The notes: generated by a model from the sequence alone, not told the origin. Positions 33,629-43,774 are shown, numbered from the stretch's first letter. The stretch: DNA of 61,826 bases from a virus (IMGVR_UViG_3300021957_000032:1-61826); one strand, 5' to 3'. Translations and numbers: made by a program.

Positions 33629-34393
33629 ATGGCAAATAAGAAATTTTCACAATTTGAATTAAAGACAGATCAAGCGGATGTAGACTTTTTGGTAGGATAC
33701 ACAGGGACAGAAAATGTTCAAATAGCATCTGAAAAAGTAGGATTAAGATACGACTTATCAGGAAGCGTAAGTGATGTAACTGATTATGCAGTTTCATTAA
33801 CAGACAATAATGGAGGATTAGACAAAGTAACTCTTGTTGCAGGAGACAATATTGTTTTAACAGATTTATCCCCTGGCACACCAAATGCAGTTCAAATAGA
33901 TACAAAAAGAGGTTCTGTGTACATGGTTACAGGAACATTTCAAAACGTTTTTGGTGGAGACCCTGGTATTTTTGGTGATACTTTAGAGTTTGGAATTAGT
34001 TCAGTTCCTGCAGCAGATCATTCTTCAGTATTAGTTATTCCTGTAGACGCAAAGTTAATTGGTATAAGTTATAAATGGATATCAGATGATGCCGTAGTAG
34101 GTATTCCAGTTGGTGGAGTTTATAAAATTCAATTAAGAGCAATGTCAAATACAAGTGGAGCTACTACAGATACTGCAAATTATACAACGCCTCAAAACAT
34201 AAACGGAATTGATTTAACAGATTCTGACAATGGAACTTATCCATTTAAAAGTCAAAATGCAATTAGCCCTTCAGTATCTTTAGCTGCAGGAACAATTATT
34301 AATGTATCAGGAGTACAGACATCAGGAGCAACTATCCCTACTTCAAATTCAGAAATAGAAGTAACTTTAGTGTTTGAAACAACATCATTTTAA
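33629..34393 (+). CDS. Putative virion structural protein
   Basis: 254 aa, beta-rich, G/T/S-rich, starts MANKKFSQF. Confidence 0.55.
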   Translation: MANKKFSQFELKTDQADVDFLVGYTGTENVQIASEKVGLRYDLSGSVSDVTDYAVSLTDNNGGLDKVTLVAGDNIVLTDLSPGTPNAVQIDTKRGSVYMVTGTFQNVFGGDPGIFGDTLEFGISSVPAADHSSVLVIPVDAKLIGISYKWISDDAVVGIPVGGVYKIQLRAMSNTSGATTDTANYTTPQNINGIDLTDSDNGTYPFKSQNAISPSVSLAAGTIINVSGVQTSGATIPTSNSEIEVTLVFETTSF

Positions 34394-34395
34394 TT

Positions 34396-34539
34396 ATGGC
34401 AAAAAAAGGTAAAACAAAAGGAAATAAAATTTGTCCTGCAGGAATAGCATGGGCTAAGAAAAAGTTTGATACATATCCATCCGCATATGCAAATATGGCG
34501 GCAAGTAAATATTGTAAAGACCCTAAATACGGAAAGTAA
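34396..34539 (+). CDS. Small basic protein with a YPSAYAN motif (47 aa, below the ORF-track cutoff)
   Basis: MAKKGKTKGNKICPAGIAWAKKKFDTYPSAYANMAASKYCKDPKYGK. Confidence 0.7.
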   Translation: MAKKGKTKGNKICPAGIAWAKKKFDTYPSAYANMAASKYCKDPKYGK

Positions 34540-34721
34540 TGGATAAAGATACTATAAAGTATACGCTTCAATATATTGAATCGGTAAAAAAGATGAAAGA
34601 ATTATCTGATGATTTTGAAGAGCAAATGATGTTTGCTGATGTAATTCATAAGTATGAAATGAAGTTAAAAGGAATTAAGCCAACAGATTCTTATATAGAG
34701 TGCGTAGGCTGTGGTTCATAA
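34539..34721 (+). CDS. Small protein with a C-terminal CxxC motif
   Basis: 60 aa ending ECVGCGS. Confidence 0.65.
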   Translation: MDKDTIKYTLQYIESVKKMKELSDDFEEQMMFADVIHKYEMKLKGIKPTDSYIECVGCGS

Positions 34722-34731
34722 ATTTATATAG

Positions 34732-34983
34732 ATGGGTGAGTTAGCTAAATGGAGAGCAGAAAAGTGGGTACGCATTGGAACTGATGGTTCTATCAAAGGA
34801 GAGTGCGGTACTAGCAAAAACAAAAAAAATCCAGATAGGTGTTTGCCATTAGCAAAAGCAAAAAGCATGAGTAAAGCAGCAAGAGCCAAAACAGCAAGAA
34901 AGAAAAAAGCAGCAGGTAAAAAAGGAAAAACAGTTGTTTCCAATACTAAGGCAGCGAAAGTGACTAAAAAATATACAAAGTAA
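34732..34983 (+). CDS. Small basic protein
   Basis: GELAKWRAEKWV...CG...RCLP. Confidence 0.7.
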   Translation: MGELAKWRAEKWVRIGTDGSIKGECGTSKNKKNPDRCLPLAKAKSMSKAARAKTARKKKAAGKKGKTVVSNTKAAKVTKKYTK

Positions 34984-35237
34984 TGGCAAAACCAAGAGCA
35001 GGAAAAGCAAAAGTTAAAATTACCTCAACAGGTAAAAAAGTTAGCTACGGACAGGCAGGAAAAGCAAAAGGTGGAGGCCCAAGAGTAAGACCTGGAACAA
35101 GCAAAGGAGATAGTTATTGTGCGAGAAGTTTAGGTATAAAAAAAAGATTGTCAGCAAAAAAAAGAAACAATCCTAATACTCCAAACAATTTGTCTAGAAA
35201 GAGATGGAAGTGTGTGGGGGCTAAGTCTAGAAAATAA
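34983..35237 (+). CDS. Small basic protein
   Basis: KVSYGQAG...DSYCARS...SRKRWKC. Confidence 0.7.
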   Translation: MAKPRAGKAKVKITSTGKKVSYGQAGKAKGGGPRVRPGTSKGDSYCARSLGIKKRLSAKKRNNPNTPNNLSRKRWKCVGAKSRK

Positions 35238-35252
35238 GTATTAAAATATTAG

Positions 35253-35260
35253 TATATTTG
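35253..35260 (+). promoter_or_regulatory. -7 promoter box
   Basis: Intergenic TATATTTG. Confidence 0.55.
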
Positions 35261-35282
35261 TAAAATACAAAAACAATTTATT

Positions 35283-35486
35283 ATGGCACAAGGTTACAAC
35301 TCACGCTTAGATGAATCAATCGCAGCAAAAAACGGAAAAAAGAAACAATCACTAAAAGATCGTAGAGACGAATCTAAAGCAATGTCTAAAAAAGATTACG
35401 GACATTCTTATGGAGGAGATCACAACATGTCTTATGAGTGTATCAACAATGTAAAGAAAAAAATCGGAGGATTAATAAAAAAATAA
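35283..35486 (+). CDS. Small basic protein
   Basis: MAQGYNSRLDES...QSLKDRRDESK. Confidence 0.7.
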   Translation: MAQGYNSRLDESIAAKNGKKKQSLKDRRDESKAMSKKDYGHSYGGDHNMSYECINNVKKKIGGLIKK

Positions 35487-35630
35487 ATGGGGAAAGCTTT
35501 TGTAAAATTAGGATTGTGGATGCAAAGAGTTTGGTGTAAATTTCAATGTGCTTGGAATTACGCTATAATGTCTTTAACTTTTAAAGTAATTGACAAGTGT
35601 CCAAACAAATTATGTACTTGTAAGAAATGA
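35487..35630 (+). CDS. Small Cys-rich protein (47 aa, below the ORF-track cutoff)
   Basis: MGKAFVKLGLW...KCPNKLCTCKK. Confidence 0.6.
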   Translation: MGKAFVKLGLWMQRVWCKFQCAWNYAIMSLTFKVIDKCPNKLCTCKK

Positions 35631-35782
35631 AATCAAGAGGATTAGGAGATAGCGTTGAAAAATTAACCAAAGCAACTGGAATTAAAAAGGTTGTAGATAC
35701 AGTTAGTAAGGTAACAGGGAAGCCTTGTGGGTGTGGTCAAAGACGTGATAATTTAAACAGAATGTTCCCTTATAATAAATAA
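35627..35782 (+). CDS. Small GLGD...CGC-motif protein (51 aa, below the ORF-track cutoff)
   Basis: MKSRGLGDSVEKLTKATGIKK...PCGCGQRRDNLN. Confidence 0.7.
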   Translation: MKSRGLGDSVEKLTKATGIKKVVDTVSKVTGKPCGCGQRRDNLNRMFPYNK

Positions 35783-35785
35783 ACT

Positions 35786-36043
35786 ATGGCTTATCAAAAA
35801 TTACAAGCAGGTAGAGCAGCATTAGTAGTTCCAAGTGATACGGATCAAATTCCAAGTGTTACAGGAGGTACAAATAATGGATGTGCTTTATATATTGGAC
35901 TTCCAGGAAATGTTCGAGTAAAGACTGTTGGTGGAGATGATGTCATATTTGTTGGATGTTATGCAGGTCAATTTTTTCCTGTAAATGTTTTACAAGTATT
36001 TGACACAGGAACTACAGCAGGAGAAATAGTAGCGCTATGGTAG
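35786..36043 (+). CDS. Small virion protein, head-spike-base-like (RcGTA Rcc01079-like)
   Basis: VPSDT...ALYIG..GNVRV...GQFFPVNVLQVFDTGTTA. Confidence 0.6.
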   Translation: MAYQKLQAGRAALVVPSDTDQIPSVTGGTNNGCALYIGLPGNVRVKTVGGDDVIFVGCYAGQFFPVNVLQVFDTGTTAGEIVALW

Positions 36044-36107
36044 AATATACGCAAGATAATAGTGCATTATTAGACTTAGAAGTGAATTACATACTTATAA
36101 GAGAATA

Positions 36108-36269
36108 ATGACGATGCAAGATATAAAAATATATGCTTTAAATTTGGTGAGTTTAGCTGTGTCTTTTACACACGTAGAGATGGTATTAAAATTAATTCTA
36201 TTAGCAGCTTCTATAGTTTATACGGCTCAAAGAATATGGATTAATTATAATGAAAAGAAAAATAGATAA
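36108..36269 (+). CDS. Putative holin (53 aa, below the ORF-track cutoff)
   Basis: Two hydrophobic segments and a basic C-terminus; Met-Thr-Met start; directly upstream of the endolysin. Confidence 0.55.
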   Translation: MTMQDIKIYALNLVSLAVSFTHVEMVLKLILLAASIVYTAQRIWINYNEKKNR

Positions 36270-36678
36270 AATTATAGTTCATTGCTCAGCAACCAGACCT
36301 TCACATGATATAGATGTGAAAGAGGTTGACAAGTGGCACAAAAAAAGAGGGTGGTCAGGTATTGGCTACCATTTTTTTATAAAAAGAGGTGGTTTAATTG
36401 AATTTGGCAGACCTTTAGAGAAACAAGGCGCTCATACAAAAGGCCACAATAAAAACAGCATAGGTATTTGTTACGCAGGTGGAGTTGAAGAAGAAAGAGG
36501 AGAAGACGGCAAATACGAAGCAGTAGATAATAGAACTGATCAACAAAAAGACAGTATTTTAACTTTGCTGATATTTCTTAAAAAAGCTTTTCCAAAAGCA
36601 GTAATACATTCTCATCGAGATTTTGCTGCAAAAGCATGTCCAAGTTTTGACGCAACAAAAGAATATAAGTATTTATGA
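36250..36678 (+). CDS. Endolysin, N-acetylmuramoyl-L-alanine amidase (T7 lysozyme-like)
   Basis: IIVHCSAT, IGYHF, GAH, SIGICYAGG, HRD, KACPSF. Confidence 0.93.
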   Translation: MKRKIDKIIVHCSATRPSHDIDVKEVDKWHKKRGWSGIGYHFFIKRGGLIEFGRPLEKQGAHTKGHNKNSIGICYAGGVEEERGEDGKYEAVDNRTDQQKDSILTLLIFLKKAFPKAVIHSHRDFAAKACPSFDATKEYKYL

Positions 36679-37070
36679 AAAAACTATGGCAATGGCTCAG
36701 CGGAAATGTAATAAAAGATGTTGGCGAAGTATTAGATGAGCTTATAACTACTGATGAAGAAAGGTTAGAGGCAAAACAAAAAATTACAAAAATTTTAGAA
36801 CAAGCTGATAAAGAAGCTCAAGAACAAGTTACCGAACGTTGGAAATTTGACATGGCATCAGATTCAGTCTTATCCAAAAATATTCGTCCAATGGTACTAA
36901 TATATTTGACAGTAATATTTACTGCATTATGTTTTACGGATGGAAACATTGGAAGCTTTACAATATCAAAAGAATACATTCCTATTTTTCAAACATTGCT
37001 CGTAACAGTATATGGAGCTTATTTTGTTGGAAGAAGTTGGGAGAAAGCTTCAAAGAAAACTAAAGAATAA
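36675..37070 (+). CDS. Holin-like membrane protein (GTA 3TM holin-like)
   Basis: RWKFDM.SDS.LSKNIRP, two transmembrane segments, YFVGRSWEK. Confidence 0.7.
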   Translation: MKKLWQWLSGNVIKDVGEVLDELITTDEERLEAKQKITKILEQADKEAQEQVTERWKFDMASDSVLSKNIRPMVLIYLTVIFTALCFTDGNIGSFTISKEYIPIFQTLLVTVYGAYFVGRSWEKASKKTKE

Positions 37071-37074
37071 TTCA

Positions 37075-37082
37075 TACCTTTG
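37075..37082 (+). promoter_or_regulatory. -7 promoter box
   Basis: Intergenic TACCTTTG. Confidence 0.55.
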
Positions 37083-37105
37083 CATAATAACCATAATTTA
37101 ATAAA

Positions 37106-37339
37106 ATGAAAAATTTAAAAAAGACAGAACTAGTAGAATTACAAACTTTGAATTCAGATTTTGTAAACTTAAAAACTCAATTAGGTGATTTAGAATTACA
37201 AAAGCACCTAATAATAGAGCAAGTACAAGAAGTTAGAAAAAAATTCTCAGATTTAGAAGTTAATCTTGTAAAGAAATACGGAGAAAACACAACTATTAAC
37301 TTGCAAACAGGTGAAATAAAAGAAAAAGAAAAAGAATAA
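37106..37339 (+). CDS. Small coiled-coil protein
   Basis: 77 aa ending KYG...INLQTGEI. Confidence 0.7.
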   Translation: MKNLKKTELVELQTLNSDFVNLKTQLGDLELQKHLIIEQVQEVRKKFSDLEVNLVKKYGENTTINLQTGEIKEKEKE

Positions 37340-37340
37340 G

Positions 37341-40300
37341 ATGGCAAAAATTAGCAATACTTTATCGTACCCTGGTCAATCACCGATTGAAGGGGCAGAT
37401 TATTTAATTGGAACAGCGGCTAACTCTACTCCAATTGGTCTTCAAACAAAAACATTTACAATACAAGGTATTGCTAATTTTATTATTGACGCAGCATTTG
37501 ATGGTGTGTCATACAGGCTTCCTATTTTTACTGCTGCAACAGCAGGATTGGAATCTGTAAAATTAGTAAATTCATTATTTTATCAAGATACGGCTTCGCT
37601 GGGTGGAAAAGTCAGCGAAGTCCTTGGTACAACCGTTTACTTAAATGACGGTTCAGGAGTTGGTAATTTAGAAGTTGCTCAAAAAGTAACTGTAGGAAGT
37701 AATTTAATAGTAACAGGTAATTCTGCTTTAGCAGGAACATTAACTGTAGGAGGAAACACAACATTAGGAACTGATGATACTACTGAAGCAAGCATTGAAT
37801 CAGTATTAAGTATTCAAGGGCCTGTAAAAGATTCTACAAGTACTTTAGGTAATTCTGAACAAGTTTTAGTTTCAGATGGAAACGGACAAGTAACTTGGCA
37901 AAACTTCCAAGGTTCAGGATTAGAATACCAATCAGCTTGGGATGCTTTAACAAATGTACCTGATTTACAGGTTTATCCATTAACTGCTGATAATACAGGT
38001 AAATATTGGGTAGTATCAGTTCCAGGAACAACTCCTTTAACAGATGCCGCAGGTGGAACAATTACAGATTGGGAGCCAGGTGATTGGGCAATTATCTCTG
38101 AAGATATTGCAGGAAATGTTTTTTGGGATAAAATTGACAACTCCTCTGTATTAACAGGGCAAGGTACAACAGGAAATATAGCAATATGGACAGCACCAAG
38201 AGAGCTTGGTGATGCACCAATAAAACTAGGAGCAGGAACTAATTCTTTAATCTTTAATGACGCATTTTCTTCAAATGGAGATTATGCTAATTCCTTTGGG
38301 TCTGATTCAAGTGCAACAGGAAATCAATCTTTTAGTGCAGGTTATGCTACTGATGCTCAAGGAGGAGCTTCACAAGCTTTTGGAAATCAAACTACAGCAA
38401 CTGGTGATTATTCATTTGCCGCAGGTTTTGAATCAACTGCAAATGGGACAGCTTCTGTTGCAATGGGAAGTAGCGCAACAGCAGATGGAAAATATTCTGC
38501 TGCATTGGGAGAGACAAGTATTTCAACAGGTGAAGCATCATTTGCAGCTGGTAAACAAGCGAAATCTACAGGAGATTATTCTGTAGCTTTTGGAGATTCA
38601 TCTGAATCAATAGGACAACATTCTTTTGCAGGAGGTAAAGATTCTATTGCTTCACAACAAGCTTCTTTTGCATTTGGAGAAAATTCATTTGCTCAAGGAC
38701 AAGCTTCAACATCTATAGGTACAGATCTTACTGCAAAAGGGAATAGCTCTATAGCTTTAGGTAAAGATAGTATTGCAGAACAAGATTTCTCAATAGTAAT
38801 AGGTTCAAGTAATGTTGCAGGTTCAGCAGGTAATGCAGGTGGAGTTGCAATAGGTTCAGGAAACAATGCATTAGGGGCTAGTTCAGTCGCTATAGGTGAT
38901 GGAAACAATGTTGCTGCAACTGCAATTGGTGCAGTTGTAATGGGAGCTTCAAGTATTGTAAGCGGAGAATTTTCTTTTGCTGTAGGTAAAGGTAATACAG
39001 TTGAATCTACTAGCGGTACAGGAATAGGTCGTGATAATGTAGTTAAAGCACCTGCAACAAATGGAATTGCTTTAGGTTATGAAAATCAGGTTGAAAAAGA
39101 AGGTGCAGTTGCGATAGGTACAGATAATGATGCTCTAGGAAAATGGAGTATTGCATTTGGATACAAGAACGGCTCTACAGCGGATTATAGTGTTGGAATA
39201 GGACAAGAAAACCAAGCTACAGGACTCAATGGTACTGCAATTGGTAAGTCAAACACAGCATCTTCTGCAGCAGCAGTAGCTTTAGGATTAGCAACTACAG
39301 CTTCAGGTAGTGCTTCAGTAGCATTAAACAATTCAACAGTTGCTTCAGGAGGTGATTCATTTGCTTCAGGATTTGAATCAACTGCAACAGGAGCTGCAGG
39401 AACAGCAATGGGATATAGAACTTCTGCATTAGGAGATTATGCTTTTGCAGCAGGTTATTTATCTAACACAAACGGAGATTCAGCTATTGCAATGGGTGAT
39501 AATGCAAAAGCAGATGCTAATAATACTGTAGCAATTGGAGCTGATATAGTAGTTGATTTAAAAAGAAGTGTTGGTATAGGAAACAACTTACTAGTTAAGG
39601 GAGATACTCAAGTAGTAATTGGAAATGGATTAGAAGGAACTTCTTTTAAAGAAACAGTATTAGGTTCATTTAATTTACCTCCAAGTAGTCCAAGTGTAAA
39701 TACTTGGGTTGGTACTGATGATTTATTTACTATCGGTAATGGACAAGATATTAATACTAAAAGTAATGCCTTAGTTTTAAATAAAAATGGTGAATTAAAA
39801 TTACCATCATATGGAGGTGGAACAATAACAGGAACTGCCACATATAATTTAGGTGTTGATGCAAGTGGTAACGTAATCGAAGTATCCACAGGTGGTGGAG
39901 GTGGAGGTACAGTTACAGGTTCTGGAACTCAAGACTACATTACTAAATGGAATAGCAATACAGCTGTTGGAAACAGTATAATGTTTGAAGGAGGGTCAGG
40001 AATTGGACTTGGAACGGTTACTCCATCATACGCTTTTGATAATCATTATAACTTAGGAAGATATGCTTCATTTGGAGTTGCATTTGCTGAAGCAGTACCA
40101 GCTAACAGCATTATAAATATTGGAGATGTAGATGGCAATGGAGCTGCTTTAGGTCTTTATGATGATGCTAGTGCTAGAACAGTTCTTGTAAAAGGTGGAA
40201 GTGTAAGAATAGGTACAGGTGCAGCAGCTGCTGAAAGATTAGAAGTAGAAGGAAGTATAAGGTTAAGTGGAACTGGCAGTCAAGATAATATTTATACTAC

Positions 40301-40601
40301 TAATGATAAATTACTTTTAAGCTCTGGTGGTAATAATGGCACTAGTTTCTTGTTTGATGATGCAAATGGTACAATCTTAACAGATACAAATGCTGAAGTT
40401 GGAATAGGAGTTGCAGTTCCATATGCAAAATTAGATGTAGCTGGTGCTATAAAAATCGCTGACACTAGCGCTTCACCAACTGCAAATACTGTTGGTTCAA
40501 TAAGATATAGAGTAAGTGGTAACAATAGTTATATAGATATGGTGATGCAAGATGGTGCTACTTCATATGCATGGGTAAATATAGTACAAAAGAACTGGTA
40601 A
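37341..40601 (+). CDS. Tail fibre or adhesin with YadA-head-like beta-roll repeats
   Basis: About 30 tandem 14-aa repeats (A.G..S.A.G) in aa 310-770; GIG...P...LDVAG fibre motifs. Confidence 0.8.
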   Translation: MAKISNTLSYPGQSPIEGADYLIGTAANSTPIGLQTKTFTIQGIANFIIDAAFDGVSYRLPIFTAATAGLESVKLVNSLFYQDTASLGGKVSEVLGTTVYLNDGSGVGNLEVAQKVTVGSNLIVTGNSALAGTLTVGGNTTLGTDDTTEASIESVLSIQGPVKDSTSTLGNSEQVLVSDGNGQVTWQNFQGSGLEYQSAWDALTNVPDLQVYPLTADNTGKYWVVSVPGTTPLTDAAGGTITDWEPGDWAIISEDIAGNVFWDKIDNSSVLTGQGTTGNIAIWTAPRELGDAPIKLGAGTNSLIFNDAFSSNGDYANSFGSDSSATGNQSFSAGYATDAQGGASQAFGNQTTATGDYSFAAGFESTANGTASVAMGSSATADGKYSAALGETSISTGEASFAAGKQAKSTGDYSVAFGDSSESIGQHSFAGGKDSIASQQASFAFGENSFAQGQASTSIGTDLTAKGNSSIALGKDSIAEQDFSIVIGSSNVAGSAGNAGGVAIGSGNNALGASSVAIGDGNNVAATAIGAVVMGASSIVSGEFSFAVGKGNTVESTSGTGIGRDNVVKAPATNGIALGYENQVEKEGAVAIGTDNDALGKWSIAFGYKNGSTADYSVGIGQENQATGLNGTAIGKSNTASSAAAVALGLATTASGSASVALNNSTVASGGDSFASGFESTATGAAGTAMGYRTSALGDYAFAAGYLSNTNGDSAIAMGDNAKADANNTVAIGADIVVDLKRSVGIGNNLLVKGDTQVVIGNGLEGTSFKETVLGSFNLPPSSPSVNTWVGTDDLFTIGNGQDINTKSNALVLNKNGELKLPSYGGGTITGTATYNLGVDASGNVIEVSTGGGGGGTVTGSGTQDYITKWNSNTAVGNSIMFEGGSGIGLGTVTPSYAFDNHYNLGRYASFGVAFAEAVPANSIINIGDVDGNGAALGLYDDASARTVLVKGGSVRIGTGAAAAERLEVEGSIRLSGTGSQDNIYTTNDKLLLSSGGNNGTSFLFDDANGTILTDTNAEVGIGVAVPYAKLDVAGAIKIADTSASPTANTVGSIRYRVSGNNSYIDMVMQDGATSYAWVNIVQKNW

Positions 40602-40604
40602 TAA

Positions 40605-41240
40605 ATGGCTGTAATTAAAAAGTACATTTCAAATGAGTTTGTAATCATAGGTGGTAATGCTTCTCAATTTTTAAAAGGAGATGGTTCATTAGACACAAGC
40701 ATTTATGTTACAGGAGGCCCTTATTTACCTGTTGCAGGTGGAATAATGAATGGGCCTACTTACCATGGTAACAATGTAAAGTCATTGTGGGGGTCAGGAA
40801 ATGAGCTTAGTATTTTTCATGATGGAACAGATGCTTATATAGATAATGTTTTAGGTAATTTAAAAGTATCATCTGATGTAGATTTTTCAGGAACTATTAC
40901 AGCTGATGGTTATGATTCCCAGGATTGGGCAACTGCTTATGAAGCTTCAATATATAAAGCAACAGTAACAGGGTCTACTAATAAAACATTAACCTTGGAT
41001 CGTGAAGATGGTGGAACATTACAAGCAACATGGCAGGATAATACAGATTCAACTTTTACTTTTACACAAGGAGTTTCATCTGTAACATGGAATATACAGC
41101 ATAATTTAGCTAGGTTTCCATCAGTATCAGTCGTAAATACCAATGAATTTGTCATTCATGGCGAAGTCGAATATATAGATAATAACAACGTAACATTAAC
41201 ATTTTCAGCAGCCTTTGCAGGTAAAGCTTATTTAAACTAA
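40605..41240 (+). CDS. Tail fibre-associated protein
   Basis: FLKGDGS; C-terminal W.IQHNL..FPSVSV...F.GKAYLN. Confidence 0.6.
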   Translation: MAVIKKYISNEFVIIGGNASQFLKGDGSLDTSIYVTGGPYLPVAGGIMNGPTYHGNNVKSLWGSGNELSIFHDGTDAYIDNVLGNLKVSSDVDFSGTITADGYDSQDWATAYEASIYKATVTGSTNKTLTLDREDGGTLQATWQDNTDSTFTFTQGVSSVTWNIQHNLARFPSVSVVNTNEFVIHGEVEYIDNNNVTLTFSAAFAGKAYLN

Positions 41241-41250
41241 AAAAAACAAC

Positions 41251-43767
41251 ATGGCAATTAATTTTTTAAACAGCATTGACTTCAACAAAAATGAGTTATT
41301 CAATGCAAAAATTCAAAACGAAATAAATGACGCAGCTGCAGGAACTCCTGTTGATGGTCAGTTATATTACAACACCACAGACGATAAGCTGAAAGTTGGT
41401 GAAGGAGGAAGTTGGGTAGCCCTTCAATCTTCTGCTGATACAAACACAACCTATGATTTAACTGCTACAGGTTCAGGTAATGGAACTTCTACAGTTAATT
41501 TAGTGGCTTCTAATCCATCAAGTACTGATAGTATTTTATTTACAGGTGGTGGTACAGCTAGTGTAACACGTTCAGGTTCTACAATTACAATTACAACAAA
41601 TGATCAATATGATGGTACAGTAACATCTGTTGCAGCTACACATGCAGGTAATGCATTTACAGCTGGAATTGGAGGAACTGCTACAATTAATCCGTCCGTT
41701 AATATAACAATGAACGGTACAACTTCTCAGTATATTAATGGTGCAGGTAATTTAGTAACTTTCCCATCTATTCCACAAGGAGATATTACTGCAGTAAGTG
41801 CAGGAGCAGGTCTTCAAGGTGGAGGAACTTCAGGTTCAGTATCATTAGCTGTAGATTATTCAGGTGCAAATAACATTATAGATTCTGCTCCAGATGGAAC
41901 AGCTATAGTTGCTTCTGATAAAATTTTATATGAGGATGCAACAGATAGTACAGTAAAAGAAATTGCTGTATCAAGTTTAATAGCTTTAGCACCTCAAGGA
42001 GATATTACAAATGTAAGTACAACATCGCCAATAACAGGTGGTGGGTCAAGTGGTTCTGTAAATATTTCTCACGCAAGTCAGTCTGATACAGAAACTACAG
42101 ATACTGCTTCTTTATCATTTGGAGGGACATTCGATGCATATACAGACGTAACAACAAATGCTACAGGACACGTTACAGGTCATGAAGTAACAACATTTAC
42201 TTTACCTGCTAACCCAAATACAAACACAACTTATCAGGTAAAAGTTGGAGCAGGTGGTGCAAATACCGCTAAAGTAGAATTAGATGCTAGTTCAGGAACT
42301 GATACAAGCATTACTCTTAGTGGTACATCTAATGAAATACAAGTTACTGAAACTGCAGGAGCAGGAGGGACAATATTTGTTGGATTACCAAATGACGTTA
42401 CAATTACTTCTGACTTAACAGTTGGAGACAATATAACAATGACAGGCGGTATTTTAAGCGTTACAGGTACAGGTTCTTTTACAGGACAGTTAAGTGTTCC
42501 AGTAACTCCAACAGCAGCAGGTTCAGCAGCTTCTAAAAGCTATGTAGATTCTACACTAGCAGGTTCAGGAGCTTTAATTTTCCAAGGAGGATATAACGCA
42601 GCAACCAACTCACCTGACTTGGATTCAAATCCAAGTTCATCTATTAAACAAGGTTGGACATATGCAGTAACAACTGCAGGACAATTCTTTGGAGAAACAG
42701 TTGAAGATGGTGATTTACTTATTGCAGAATCAGATGCTCCAACCGCACTAGCTAATTGGACAGTAGTTCAAAACAACATAGGTGTTGCAACAGCAGGTTC
42801 AAGTGATGGAGCAACAACAAAAGGTATTGCAGGATTTAATTCAGCTCACTTTAGTGTAACATCAAACGGATGGGTTTCTTCTGATGTTTATAGTGGTGGT
42901 TCAACATTAGGTATTGTTCCTGATGGGGGTGGAAGTACTACTTTCTTAAGAGGTGATGGTTCATGGGTAACACCAACAAACACAAACACGCAAAGAGCTG
43001 CAGGAACAGGTTTAAGTTTATCAGGTAATACTATAAACGCAAATGTAGATGGCACAAATTTAACAGCTGCTAACTCTTCAAGTACTACTGCATCTAGAAC
43101 ATATAAGGTTCAAGTTGACTCAGGAGACAACTTAGTAGTTAACGTACCATGGGTAAATACAAATACTCAAACTGTAACTAGTGTAGATGAAGTAAGTCCA
43201 GGGACTTCTTCAGGAACGCCAATTGTGGTTAATCCAACTACAGGTAATGTTAAAGTTCAGTCAATGGCTTATGCAGGTTCAACTAAAGTTGGTCACGTTC
43301 CTTCAGGAGGTTCAAGTAGTACGTTCTTACGTGGTGATGGTAGTTGGGTAACTCCTTCAACAGGAACTAACAACTATTTAACTTCTTTATCTTTTAACAC
43401 AGGTAATGGTATATTAACTGCAGCAAGACAAGGTTTAGGAAATGTAACTGTTGATTTAGATGGTAGATATGCATTAAACTCTGTAGTTACAGGTGCATTA
43501 GGAAAAAGACTTACATTAACTAGTGCTTCAGGAGCAGTAACAAGAACTACAGGAGGCGGAACAACTAAATTTATTGTAGATGTTTCAAATGCAGCTGTAT
43601 TTGGAGGTGGAGTAAATGATGCTTTAGATGTAAAAGTTGAAGTTATGTCTTCAGTTGGAGATACAGTATTTGCTGAAACAACTAGAAGTGGTGCTGATTT
43701 AACTGTTGCTTTTGCAGGTACAATTGCAGATGGAAGTTACATAGTGCTTCTTACATATGTAGGATAA
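41251..43767 (+). CDS. Tail fibre protein
   Basis: 838 aa, G/T/S-rich; repeated FLRGDGSWVTP and PQGDIT; GQLYYNTT. Confidence 0.7.
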   Translation: MAINFLNSIDFNKNELFNAKIQNEINDAAAGTPVDGQLYYNTTDDKLKVGEGGSWVALQSSADTNTTYDLTATGSGNGTSTVNLVASNPSSTDSILFTGGGTASVTRSGSTITITTNDQYDGTVTSVAATHAGNAFTAGIGGTATINPSVNITMNGTTSQYINGAGNLVTFPSIPQGDITAVSAGAGLQGGGTSGSVSLAVDYSGANNIIDSAPDGTAIVASDKILYEDATDSTVKEIAVSSLIALAPQGDITNVSTTSPITGGGSSGSVNISHASQSDTETTDTASLSFGGTFDAYTDVTTNATGHVTGHEVTTFTLPANPNTNTTYQVKVGAGGANTAKVELDASSGTDTSITLSGTSNEIQVTETAGAGGTIFVGLPNDVTITSDLTVGDNITMTGGILSVTGTGSFTGQLSVPVTPTAAGSAASKSYVDSTLAGSGALIFQGGYNAATNSPDLDSNPSSSIKQGWTYAVTTAGQFFGETVEDGDLLIAESDAPTALANWTVVQNNIGVATAGSSDGATTKGIAGFNSAHFSVTSNGWVSSDVYSGGSTLGIVPDGGGSTTFLRGDGSWVTPTNTNTQRAAGTGLSLSGNTINANVDGTNLTAANSSSTTASRTYKVQVDSGDNLVVNVPWVNTNTQTVTSVDEVSPGTSSGTPIVVNPTTGNVKVQSMAYAGSTKVGHVPSGGSSSTFLRGDGSWVTPSTGTNNYLTSLSFNTGNGILTAARQGLGNVTVDLDGRYALNSVVTGALGKRLTLTSASGAVTRTTGGGTTKFIVDVSNAAVFGGGVNDALDVKVEVMSSVGDTVFAETTRSGADLTVAFAGTIADGSYIVLLTYVG

Positions 43768-43774
43768 ACTTTTT

